This document shows positions 51,550 through 63,444 of a DNA stretch of 64,000 nt, piece by piece. Below the pieces are notes generated by a model. The model ran no database searches. It had not been told where the DNA came from and worked only from the letters and a program-made list of their open reading frames with translations. This DNA is from Chlorokybus atmophyticus (taxonomy: Eukaryota > Plantae > Mesostigma and Chlorokybus algae), in the NCBI GenBank assembly GCA_009103225.1, contig RHPI01003422.1:63691-127690 (forward strand). The letters are read 5' to 3'. A program made the translations under genes and the position numbers. Position 1 is the stretch's first letter. Each line of letters starts with the position of its first letter.

Positions 51550-54500
51550 CTGGCTCATAGGCCGCACTGGTCAGTGTGGTCTATTAGCCAGCCTATGGCA
51601 TGCCGTTTAGGGTGCAGTAGTCATTGCAGTCCATGAGCCAGCCTCATAGGCTGCATTAGATAGTGCAGCCTATGAGGCTGCACTACCATAGCTGGTAGCC
51701 TAGCAAGTGTGTGTAGGTGTGCACATGCATGCGCGCATGATAAAGAGCACTTGCATGCTTGCATGTGTGAACAGTGCGATCTATAAACCTAATTGTAAGT
51801 GCGTGCGTGTACATTCACACATGAATCAGTTTCGCAATAAACCTATGCACGCACGCGCACAGGCACAACAAGCGCACCTTCAAGATGGTGGCGAGCATGG
51901 GCAGCTGGGGCGGGGGGCAGCTTGCGTACGCGGAGCCTTTACTACACACCTCTGTCTTCTCAATAGCGGGCTGCTGATTGCCAGCTTGCGGAGCAGTCCG
52001 CGTACCTGCACGTGAGCGCATGCACGTGTGCCTGCCCAGTCACGTGTGCGTGCACGCATGCTTGTATGTGTGTGCACATCTCATTAAGGAGGAAGAGGTG
52101 GGGGCCGGGAGGGGCAACACCTACTCACTAACATAGTGTACACGCAGAACTGACTCAGCCAGTACTGCGTGTATGAGCCAGCCTGCAGCAACTGGTCAAT
52201 GGGCCGCACTGTTTAGTGCGGCCCATCAGCCAATAAGCCAACTGCAACAGAGTGTGTGTATGTCTGTACATGTATGCGTGCATGGTGAAGCTTGCATGCC
52301 CATGAGCATGCGCTTGCGCATGCATGTGCTTATGCGCACATATCCTCCCCCTTCCCTCCTCTTCCCCCTCCGCTTACCTTGAGATCTAGCAGTCAGCGCG
52401 ATGCTGTGGGGGAACAAAGAGGGAGAAATACCTCATAGCACAGCACCGAATTGCCCACCCGTTCGACCTGTGGGAGTAATAGCTCGCACGCGTCAGTACT
52501 CATGTGCTAATGCCATAGCGCACACAAGCCTTGCCGCAAGGCTTGTGTGCGCTATATGAGCACACGGAGTCAATCACAATGTGCGCACTGCTAGTATGTA
52601 TGCATGTAAGGGTGAAGCATATGCATTCCTAAGCCTACCAGCTGAGCATTACCATCTGAGCGTTTGCCTTCTTGGCTCGCCTTCTTGTCATCTGCGCCGC
52701 GTATTGCCCAACAACAGCAGCCTGCAGCACCCTGCGTATTACATCATGGAGCAGCATTGTCCGTAGTCGAACGCAGTCATGGCAATTCCAGCCAGCCGCC
52801 TATGACTTTTGGAATGTAGTGATCAGATTGGTCATTAGATTACAAAAGTCATAGGCGGCTGTCTGGCTTGATCGCTGCCTCGTAGGCCGCACAATTCAGT
52901 GCGGTCTGAGCCAGCTTTATAGGCTGCACTGGACAGCCTATGAGGCTACGCTATCAAGTGCAGATAGCGAACAACTGTGTGTATGTGTGCATGCGTGCTT
53001 GCCTGCGCGTGACAATGAGCGCTTGCGTGCTTGCATGCGCATGCCTGTGTGGACAGTGCTATAGGTCTATGAGACGATTGTAACAAGTGTGTGTATGTCT
53101 GTACGTGCATGCGTGTGTGCCAAGAGCCCGCAAGAAAGTAAGATAGAGTAAGAGAACATGCATCTTGCACGCACATGCCCGCGTGCGTGCACTTGCGCGT
53201 GTGTGTGTGCGCAAGTGAACGCATGCATGGGTGCGTGCGTGCTTACTGAGTGCTTGACCATGCACACTTGTTCATGAGGTCCACTGCCAACGTTCCGCGT
53301 CAGCTTCAGACCTTCATTGTCGATTTCCAGGGCTCCCTAAGCCTAGGTAGATGCTTGGGCTGTTCTGTTACACCTTTATGCTTGCTGAGTGCTTCAACGA
53401 CAACTATTGGCGGCGCGGTGATCATGTCTTCCAGAGGCAGGTCCGCATGCAGCTTCTTTGAAGCGCATGCGTCCATGTCCAGCTGGCGCTGCACACTGAC
53501 AGCCGAAAAAGCGTCCTCGGGTGCCGCATGCTCCTCATCCTGACAGGATGAGGAGCATGCGGCAACCAAGGAGGGCGTGCCGCGGACGTCCACGATGACA
53601 GCTGAGCCTCAGCTGCCGGCGGCCGCATGTCACCACAAACATGGTGGTGAGACTTTGTGACAGACTGAATGCGATGGCCCATCATTGGATGAGCGAGTGA
53701 GTGAGTGCGTACATGCGCAAGTGAGTGAGTCAGTAATGGGTTGAGTGAGTGCAAGGTGAGTGAGTGAGAGAGCAATGAGCGAGTGAGTGGTTGGACCTGC
53801 GATAGGACTGCCGTCCGTAGCGTGAGTGAGGGCGACCATGCGTCTTTGAGGACGTCCGGGCAGATAGTCCCCATTCGCCATGCTGATGTTGAGATGCCTG
53901 CATGTGTATGCATGGTTGGGGAAACAATAGTTAGTAGCAGCACTGCAATAACCTATGCAAAATTGCAGCAGGCGTCACGCATGCAACGCACGTGCAGGCC
54001 CCTTTTTGCATGTGTTCGTGTGAGCGTGCCGCGCCTGTCCGTGCAGGCATGGGTATGCGTGTGGGGGCGATCGCGTGGGTGGGTGGGTGTGGGTGTTCAT
54101 TGCAGAGCATGTGCGTGCTCATGCATAACCGGGTGCAGATGCGGGAGGAGAAAGAAGAGGGTCTGCTCTCACCATACTTGACTGATAAAGCTCATCCTTG
54201 GGGGCTTAAACGAGAAAGTCGCTGTCATGCAGATGCAGATTATGAAACATGTTGGTGTCTGAGTCATTGTTGAAAGCAGCAACATAATGTTCAAGCACAC
54301 ACGCACTATTACAAACAACACAACCAACGACACCACTCACAACCAATAACACCCGCAACAAACACAACCACCCCCACCCTCACCACCCATCTGTGTCTTT
54401 CAGGTGCGGGGGGGGNNNNNNNNNNNNNNNNNNNNNNNNNNNNNNNNNNNNNNNNNNNNNNNNNNNNNNNNNNNNNNNNNNNNNNNNNNNNNNNNNNNNN

Positions 54501-54730
54501 NNNNNNNNNNNNNNNNNNNNNNNNNNNNNNNNNNNNNNNNNNNNNNNNNNNNNNNNNNNNNNNNNNNNNNNNNNNNNNNGGGGGGGGGGGGGGGGGGGGG
54601 GGGAACACCTCTGTTCACATGCATAGTGCATTCGCATAACTTTCTCATAGGCCGTACTGAACAGTGCAGCCTATGAGCCAGCCTACAGCAACCAACTCAT
54701 GGGCCGCAGGCTGAACAGTGCGGTCTGTGA
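51550..54730. repeat. Dispersed palindromic repeat family (CAGCCTATGAG / CTCATAGGC / GGCCGCACT...AGTGCGG), probable transposon subterminal repeats
   Basis: Perfect IRs at 51639-51680 (17-bp arms), 52199-52226 (12-bp arms) and 52793-52861 (19-bp arms). Related motif clusters at ~51555, ~52880-52950 and ~54645-54730. Confidence 0.65.
53797..53897 (-). pseudogene. Isolated, frameshifted exon of a ubiquitin-conjugating enzyme (UBC27/UBE2K-like)
   Basis: Between CAG| and |GT the segment reads HLNISMANG[+1]ICPDVLKDAWSPSLTLRTAVLSQ, matching the E2 core HPNIS...GAICLDILKD.WSPALTL.T.LLS. I found no flanking E2 exons. Confidence 0.65.
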
Positions 54731-55986
54731 GCAATACGAACAAAGCAGTGTGTATGTGTATGTGTATGCGTGCATGATGATGAGCACATGCATGCTTGCA
54801 TAGCATAAAAGCACGCGCGGCTGGCTGGCATTGCTTCACGTAAACACAACAATCAGATTAAGACTGTTGTGCACGTGCATTCAGACAAGGAAAGCTATCT
54901 GCTTCAAGCAGAGCCACTTTGCAAGCATGCAAGTGGCAATGACATGAGACAAAGCTTATTCAACAAGCAATTAAAACTATAGCTTGATAGTGAACAATTT
55001 AGCTGAGCAGTGCGCTTGCATTATACTGTTCAAAGGCGCGCATGTGCAGGCGTGCATGTGTGCTTGAGTATTGACTACACGTTTGATTGTGGTTGTTGCT
55101 ACTACGGTCGCAGCAGCACCTGCGGCTATAGCTGAGCAGCTGTAGCAGCACGCGGCACTGGCACGCTACAACGTACAGTCTTACCCCGTTATAAAATTAC
55201 CGTATATCCTTCAACTTGCTAATCCACTAACGGGGTTATTCTCTTGGCGTTTAGAAGAATATATATTCTTTTATCGTTTACGGAATATATATTCTACTAA
55301 TGAGGGTCTAGCCAGAGAAGCGCATGTGCATTTACAAGAATAAATATGCCATTATCAAACCAAGTGCACAGCATATGCATAACGTTAATCTCATGAGTTC
55401 AAAGTATGTTGTGGACAAGTTCATAATAAAAGCTTCAATATGCATTGTGGTATGCATTGCGTTATAGCATGCACGGTGTTGTTAACATCATGAATAAATA
55501 ATAAATGCTCATATGCATGTGTGTCGGCGTGCACGCACGTGCGTGCGCAAGTGTACATATTGTCGGGTCGAGGAGAGTCGAGGGTCACGCTGTCTCGGGC
55601 CGCTGCAGAGAAAGACATGCTTGCTAGCCCTGTTGCTGCAACATGTTGTAATGTGTAGCAAAAACAAATGATTACTCAGCTCGTATGCCGACGAGTGCTT
55701 GCTGGAGCTGCTCCGCTGTCGCTGAATAGCGTGGATATGTGGAGGCGGTGTCCTCTTTAATATACATGCTGTGCTGTAGGACACACAGTCAACAAGCCAC
55801 CCCCCCCCCCCCCCCCNNNNNNNNNNNNNNNNNNNNNNNNNNNNNNNNNNNNNNNNNNNNNNNNNNNNNNNNNNNNNNNNNNNNNNNNNNNNNNNNNNNG
55901 CCCCCCCCCCCCCCCCCCCTGAACTTCTGGGAAGGTTCCAGATTCAGAGCTCAGTTGCTGCGCAAATGAGGAGGGCCGTTGGCGCG

Positions 55987-58900
55987 GCAATCGTCGCATC
56001 AGTACTCCTCCATGGGTTTTGCGTCCAATGGGGGCTCCAGACATTAGCAATGCAGGCCCTTGTTAAAGCCATTGCAGAGCATCATGAGTGTGTCGTCGCT
56101 GGCGCTGCCGCAGCGTTCCCAGCGTGTGCTGCGGGCGGGGCGAGGGTGCTGGATGCGCGCAAAGCCAGCTATGTAAGGAAGGTGACATGGCGCGCAGTTC
56201 ACCATGTTGTCTTTCAACCTCTCTCCGTGTTTACCGATGAGGTCCAGCACCCCTGTGGGGGGGGGTACACCTTGAGTACCTTGTAGACGGTGCGGCCCAC
56301 GAAGGTGTCGAGCGTGTTTTTGGTGGCTACCATGCGGTAGGCAAAGTCCCCTGCTTGAAATCACTGTTGGCGCTCCTTGTAGAAGCCGCTGCGCATGCGC
56401 TCGTAGCGCAGAGTGTCGCGGTGCTGTGCGATGCGTGAGTTGTTGAAGGCCATAGGGACGGTGCGCTCGAACAGCGCGGCGCGTGTGGTAATATCGTAGT
56501 GCATCCAATTGGGATTATCGAGGTTGTTCACCACACGATCTACTTCCTGCTGTGCACGAAAGGGAAGCAATGGCGGATGGCCTAACAGCAGGTAGTATGG
56601 GTTATACTCGCGCAGAGCCGCCTGCTTTGACAATCGATATCCAAGACCCACCCACGGAAGGTGGTTGTCCCAGGTGTTCTTCTCATACTCCATGGCACCG
56701 CCCACTCGACCACAAAAGACTTGGTGCTTTTATGGTCGATTTGTGGTAACTTAATGTACCTTCACGTTACATTCCCCCCCACTTAAGAACGCTGACGTCC
56801 TCGGCAGCTGGCGCCCATTAGCTGGCGAATCTTCCTAGGGGTCTGGTTTAGGGTCGGTCACCGGCCCCACCACCCAAAGACCGGCTAATAGGCCCATATC
56901 GGTTAACGTGCACACATCGCGCCGCTGCCGGCCCCACAGGTCGCGTCGCCGCGATAGGCAGGTCGCGCTTTGCCGCGCCGACTGAACCGGTCAATTCGGC
57001 GCGACTGCTATTGGGCAAGTCGCGACCCATCGATAATGGCACTTATAAAGTGACCACGATGATTACGATGTTATTGGATCGAGAAACAACGGCTGCGGAA
57101 TTAGCGTGCAAGGCAGGAATCGAACCCAGGTCTCAAGCTCCGATGACCAATGTCACAGCCCACTCGACCACAAAAGACTTGGTGCTTTATCGATTTGTGG
57201 TAACTTAATGTACCTTCCCGTTACACTCCAGCACGTACTTTTAGAGTGCCTTCTTAATGGTCTGCACTGTACGCTCGGCGAGACCGTCGGCTTGGGGGTG
57301 GTCACGCGAGGTGCGGCGATGAGCGATGTAGTATGTGTCCAACAGGGTGTCGAACCCCTCTAAACTCAGTGCCTTAGTTAGTGATGACCTCACCGCAGCT
57401 GCCGAACCGGCTGAGGACATTGGAGAAAAGGCTTGAGACACCCCTCTGCTGCTTTTGTCGGGTAATGGCACCAGCTCCACCCATTTGAAGAAGTGCTCAA
57501 TCATGACCAGGATGTAACGGTTGCCACGTGCCGAGGGTGCCAAGTCTCCCAAGATGTCGAGTCCCCAGCAATAGAAAAGACCGGAGATGGGGAGAGGGTG
57601 CAAGGTGGCGCTGCGTGTCTTGAGGCTGGCGCATACCATGTCACACTGTTGGCAGTGACTGACGAACCCTTGCACCTGCTTGGACACTTCCATACACCAA
57701 TATTGCGCCCTTACTATGCTAATTATACGCTTGACACCGAAGTGTTCAAACTCAGTGTGGAGGGCAGTGATGATGCCCTCGCGTGTAGCTGGTGTCGACA
57801 CCTCCTTGTCTTCGTTATGGAAGCGGCGATACAGCTTGCCATTTGCCCACCGATAGTGGCGGGTGCGTTGGTTGACACAATCTCTCTCTCATGCACTCAT
57901 GCCGGAGGGAAGCTGGCCACTTTGCAGGAAGGAGAGTGATGGCTTGTCCAGCCATATGTCCTGCCTAATGTCGGTGGGTGCCAGCTCGGTGTCATCGACT
58001 TTAATGTCGACCGAGTGGGCGTCCCTCAAGGGTGCGATTACTGTGGGGCCGGTAGACAAAGGGCAGGCATCTCCTCCGCCGTTGATGTGGCAGTGGTGTT
58101 GGTCTTGCGCCTTGAGCGTAGGTAAACAGCAAACATGGCTGCCACGGTGGGAGCTATTGCTGTAGGGCCGAGCTCATGCCGAGCTCCGGTTGCATCATTG
58201 GTGCTGAGGTGAGGGTTGCGACTGAGGCCATCGGCGTTTTTATCGGTAAGGCCGGCGCGGTGGTCAATCTCAAAGTCATACTCCTGTAACAATAGGGCCC
58301 AGCGAGCGAGTTCCCTATCAGATGTTGGTTGGTCATCAACCACTTCAATGGCTGATGATATGTGATCAGCTGCAATTGTCGACCGAAGAGGAAAGGTCTG
58401 AAGAAGGAGATAGCCCACACTGCAGCGAGGCACTCCCCCTCATAGCTGCTGTAGTTGGCCTCGGCGCTGTTGTTGCTTCGGTTGGCGTATGACACCACCT
58501 GCTCCTTCTTGTTCTCATCGTATTGCACTAGCACAGCCCCCATCCCGAGCTTGCTTCAATCGGTGTAGAGGATGAATGGCTTGGTGTAGTTAGGGCGTTA
58601 AAGGATGGGAGCTGTGGTGAGCCTGCCAATTAAATCCTCAAACGCCTGCTGCTGTTGCTCCTTCCACGCAAACTCCACTTCCTACTTCAGGAGCTCGTTG
58701 AGGGGCCGCGCAATCTTTGCGAAGTCCTTCTTGAACTGGCAATAGTAGTTGGCAAGGCCCAGGAAGGCGCGCAGGCGCGTAAGGTTCGTTGGCAGGGTTA
58801 GCTGCCAGGGCCTCCACCTTGCCTGCTGTACGTACACACCGTGGGGCACAATCATGTGCCCTGGGTAGGGTACCTTGTGAGTGAAGAAGGTGCACTTGTC

Positions 58901-59745
58901 GGGGTGCACAGTCATCCCCACCCCCTTGAGTCTTTCCAGCACCTCCCGATGCGCTGTAAGTGCTCTTCGTAACTGCGGCTGAAGATGAGAACGTTGTCAG
59001 TATAGCATTGCGCGAAGTCCAGCCCCTTCAAGGCTTTGTCTATGATGCGCTGGAACTTGGCAGGAGCATTCTTCAGTCCAAAGGGCATGACCTTCCACTG
59101 GTGCAGCTGCCGGTTGCCTAAGAAAGAGGTCTTGTGCTTGTCCTCCTCCTTGATGGTGATCTGGTTGTACCCTTTGCGCATGTCCAGGTGGCTGAAGACG
59201 GTACAGTCTCCTACATCATTAAAGATTCCTTCTGCAGTAGGCATTGCATACCTATCTTGCTTGGTCTTGTCGTTGAGGGGGCGGTAGTCGCCGCACATAC
59301 GCCGGTCTGTCCAGTTGCTTGTTGACTCCTTCTTTAGGGGCATGACGGTCGCGGCCACAAAGTCCGATGTAGACTCCTTAATCAGGCCTGCATCTAGCAG
59401 AGCCTTGCACCTCTGCTCCACCAAGTCTTCTTCCAACATGGAGAGTCGGTACTGTCGTCGGAACACCGGTTCGGTGTCCATCAACTTGATGTCCATCTGG
59501 TAAACTGAGCAGAAGCCCAGTTCCTTCACGCTGCAGCTGAACTGACTCTTCACTTGTTGAGGAGCCTCGAGCCTCGTTCTCGCGTCTGGCCTGTAGCCAG
59601 TGGTGCAATGGCATGGGACCAACAGGTCACCTCCTACGGTAGCGTTGGCAACTACCGGAATGTCCTCCACTATAACTGTTGCCTGCTCCTCCATATGCGC
59701 AATTTTGAGGGTGGTGTGTGCCGCTTTGGTCTCTCGCACACGATC
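55987..59745 (-). mobile_element. Decayed Ty3/Gypsy pol: protease tail, RT, RNase H, integrase and C-terminal PHD finger; interrupted by a TRIM
   Basis: RT: RRMCGDYRPLN, LDMRKGYNQI, MPFGLKNAPAKFQR, YTDN. RNase H: ILYTD, SYEGECLAAVWAI, LLQEYDFEIDHRAG...NADGLSR. Integrase: H..FGVKR, C.QC, WGLDILG, SRDHPQADGLAER. PHD-like: ERCGSASDDTLMMLCNGFNKGLHC*CLEPPL...EY*CDDC. Multiple stops and frameshifts. Confidence 0.95.
56693..57225 (-). mobile_element. TRIM-like element, copy 2 (533 bp), nested in the Gypsy integrase
   Basis: Terminal repeats 57151-57225 and 56693-56771; PBS TGGT(C)ATCGGAGC; PPT AAGTGGGGGGGAA; 5-bp TSD CTCCA (56688-92 and 57226-30). Removing it restores the integrase frame KYVLEYEKNTWD. 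Confidence 0.93.
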
Positions 59746-59869
59746 AGTCCCCCCCCCNNNNNNNNNNNNNNNNNNNNNNNNNNNNNNNNNNNNNNNNNNN
59801 NNNNNNNCCCCCCCCCCCCCCCCCCCCCCCGCTAGGTGTTCGAGCTCCTAGAAGGACACATGGCGGTCC

Positions 59870-60690
59870 TGAAGAGCAAAGCAAATCTCCAATAACCACA
59901 CCATGCTGTTCTGGTCCATTGCGCGTCCCTACAACTGACATTGCTGACTGTCGGTTAGCATAGAACCTGTGATACTACCTTGAGAGAATCCCATGGCGTT
60001 CGCGCTCACGTGCGTTGGGTTCCTCCAGTCGCATGGTGTTGGAATCCAACACCATGCCTTTGCTGCGGTTGCGGAAGGCATATGATCCTGGGTAAGACAC
60101 TAGAGTTGGGAACGCACGACGTGGTTGTCCAGGCTGGTTGCATTGGTAAAAGTGCTGGTGATCGTGTCGCGTGACCGGTTGTGCTGTGCGCTTAGAGTCC
60201 AGGATGGCGTTGACAGTGAGATCGCGTGGACGATTGCTGTGCAGATATTTATCAGCAAAGAGATCCTCGACTGTAGCCAGGTTGGTCCACTTGGCGCGGA
60301 CGCGATGCGCACGGGATCCATGACGCGCTGCGTTGATTTTGAGAAGATGCCCCAGTACAAAACACACCTGTCGAAAGCTGTTGGCCACGTGATGGCGCTT
60401 ATCGTCCTCGGGTGCACATTTTTAATGATGTATCCCAAAGGCCTGGATAGCTGGTTGCTCTGCAGAATTTTGATGACACGCATCAATTCTCGCAATAGTC
60501 CCGAACGAGGATCAGCGAGTCCTTGGCCTCTGCCTGCATTTGAGTGTCCTTGACACTCCCATCCTGCTATTAGCAGGTCGATGTTGTCCACCGTTAGGGT
60601 GTGATCCGCAATGATTAAACGGATGTCCTCGTATACATAAGCTAACGGTCATATCGAGGCTATTTCCACAGCAATCCCCAACCGATATAA
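59870..60690 (-). pseudogene. Degenerate C5 cytosine DNA methyltransferase (retrotransposon-type DNMT) immediately upstream of the Gypsy pol
   Basis: Ordered DNMT motifs: EDI (III), DLLIAGWECQGHSNAGRGQGLADPRSGLL (IV, catalytic Cys), IIKNV (VI, E>K), SRAHRVRAKWTNL (VIII), EEPNARERE-MGF (IX), L*GRAMD (X). Frameshifts and stops are present. Confidence 0.85.
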
Positions 60691-61409
60691 AACACAACTT
60701 ATAACTGAACTCACAACTGAACATCTACGCGCGGTGTCCATGTAGGCTATGGTCATGAGCTTCAGAGTCATGACCTAGCTACTGGTTAGTGACGCGCGCG
60801 AGTTGGTATGCTGGTAGGCCGGGCGATGGTTTCGATGTAGGCATGCTCGATGAAGGCTGGTATGCGCGGACAATAGGCATGACAATATCGACTTGTTTGG
60901 CATGTGGGTGCATGTGCAACAATATGCGTGAGCATAAATAAACAGCATGCATCTACATGGCCATCCTCGCATGTATATGCACCACAATCAAGTCTCAATA
61001 CACTACTCTACAAGAATGGGCTCATCGCCAGTGTCACCAGAGCTAGCGACATGTACAAGAGAACCCGTAGCGAAAAAGTCCTGTATGCGGGTTTCCTGGC
61101 CAACATGAAAGAGCTGATGCTTAATGACCACATTACGCAGCTGCCGTAATGTGAGCTAATGATGCTTGGAGATAGGGCAGTGGTTGGTGGCGATGAAAGC
61201 CTCCACACCATCCAACAACCTCATGCATGCTGCCACTATGACACGCGGGCCCCGGGGGCAACTCTTCCTCCTCATCATCATCTGCAACACATCCACTGTT
61301 AGTGCCTACTCATACTCACACACATGTGCACACATTGCAATCCACCCTCTCACCTTAATCCTCAACAGGCTCATCAAAGGCGGGCCCTTCTGCCGCTTCA
61401 ACGCTTTTT

Positions 61410-63240
61410 AGGATGTCCTCATCGCTCTGTCCGGCTTCGGTGGGAGGAGCGTCATCAGCGTGGATGAACTCAGCAGGTGAAAGCATCTCCGCACGTGGAA
61501 TGGAAAGATGCTACACAATGTGACACATCTTCTGCACAACAGCCTGCTCTGTGTTGTGTGTCGGTGTCGAGAGTGGGCGCGTGCCAAGCCGAAGGGGTGA
61601 TGCCACTCTTGCGCCAACAGTTCGTAATGGTGAGTGCGGAGAGCTCCTCATATGCCTCGCGACACCATATGACTGCCTCCTTCAATTGCACCTTAACTTT
61701 GCGACAGCCGATGCTTGGGTCTGCGACATATTGCCGCAAAGCGCAAGCTTGCAACAAGCTTGCGCTTGCACCTGTCACAAACAAAATGAGAAAGAATAAC
61801 AACCTCTGACAAACAAGGGGGGTCCGGACGCGGCACTGGCACGCNNNNNNNNNNNNNNNNNNNNNNNNNNNNNNNNNNNNNNNNNNNNNNNNNNNNNNNN
61901 NNNNNNNNNNNNNNNNNNNNNNNNNNNNNNNNNNNNNNNNNNNNNNNNNNNNNNNNNNNNNNNNNNNNNNNNNNNNNNNNNNNNNNNNNNNNNNNNNNNN
62001 NNNNNNNNNNNNNNNNNNNNNNNNNNNNNNNNNNNNNNNNNNNNNNNNNNNNNNNNNNNNNNNNNNNNNNNNNNNNNNNNNNNNNNNNNNNNNNNNNNNN
62101 NNNNNNNNNNNNNNNNNNNNNNNNNNNNNNNNNNNNNNNNNNNNNNNNNNNNNNNNNNNNNNNNNNNNNNNNNNNNNNNNNNNNNNNNNNNNNNNNNNNN
62201 NNNNNNNNNNNNNNNNNNNNNNNNNNNNNNNNNNNNNNNNNNNNNNNNNNNNNNNNNNNNNNNNNNNNNNNNNNNNNNNNNNNNNNNNNNNNNNNNNNNN
62301 NNNNNNNNNNNNNNNNNNNNNNNNNNNNNNNNNNNNNNNNNNNNNNNNNNNNNNNNNNNNNNNNNNNNNNNNNNNNNNNNNNNNNNNNNNNNNNNNNNNN
62401 NNNNNNNNNNNNNNNNNNNNNNNNNNNNNNNNNNNNNNNNNNNNNNNNNNNNNNNNNNNNNNNNNNNNNNNNNNNNNNNNNNNNNNNNNNNNNNNNNNNN
62501 NNNNNNNNNNNNNNNNNNNNNNNNNNNNNNNNNNNNNNNNNNNNNNNNNNNNNNNNNNNNNNNNNNNNNNNNNNNNNNNNNNNNNNNNNNNNNNNNNNNN
62601 NNNNNNNNNNNNNNNNNNNNNNNNNNNNNNNNNNNNNNNNNNNNNNNNNNNNNNNNNNNNNNNNNNNNNNNNNNNNNNNNNNNNNNNNNNNNNNNNNNNN
62701 NNNNNNNNNNNNNNNNNNNNNNNNNNNNNNNNNNNNNNNNNNNNNNNNNNNNNNNNNNNNNNNNNNNNNNNNNNNNNNNNNNNNNNNNNNNNNNNNNNNN
62801 NNNNNNGGGGGCGAGTCACAATTTCCTACAAGTTATGTCAATTGACACTCAGTTTTGCGAGTTACGAATCAGTGTGTTTGACTAGTGCGACGCAGCAACA
62901 GTAAATGAAGCAACACAAGCCTAGCCTTGAACGCAGCGATAATGCCTGCGTTTAGAGGTTGAACTTTGCTTGCTGTGATGGGAGGTAGAAAGAGACATTT
63001 CACTGGGTCCACCTGCAGCGTCTTGAACCCTTTCTCTATGCCCGGTATCCCATACCTGCAAGCATGTGTGGAAGAATTGTCGAGCAGCAACAAGACATTG
63101 CGCTTCTGTAGCTTCATCTGCAAACCGAAGCTGCAGAGCCCGCGGCTGGAGATCTGCATGACAACAACACTTAGTGCCAACACGAACTTACAACAAAAGT
63201 CAACTTGCGATGACATGAACCCTACAACCCTATAACACTT
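61410..63240 (-). mobile_element. pogo/Tigger (Tc1-mariner superfamily, DDE_1) transposase remnant split by an assembly gap (61845-62806)
   Basis: RNVLLLLDNSSTH...CLFLPPITASKVQPLNAGIIAAFKA (62870-63130) and VQLKEAVIWCREAYEELSALTITNCWRKSGI (61600-61700) are typical DDE_1 motifs. Confidence 0.85.
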
Positions 63241-63444
63241 ACAAACATCTTACCTCTGCTATGCAACACTGCCTTTTCACTCAGCCTCCATACACGTACG
63301 CATCTCGCCTATTGTAACCAACTCAATCAGGCACATCGACGCCCTAATGGACCCCGAAAACTAGAAAGCCCCGATGCGCAACGCGCTCTCAAGTAAGTCA
63401 CAGGCACTATTCTAGCTTGGTGCAAGCTCAACTTGAACTATCTA

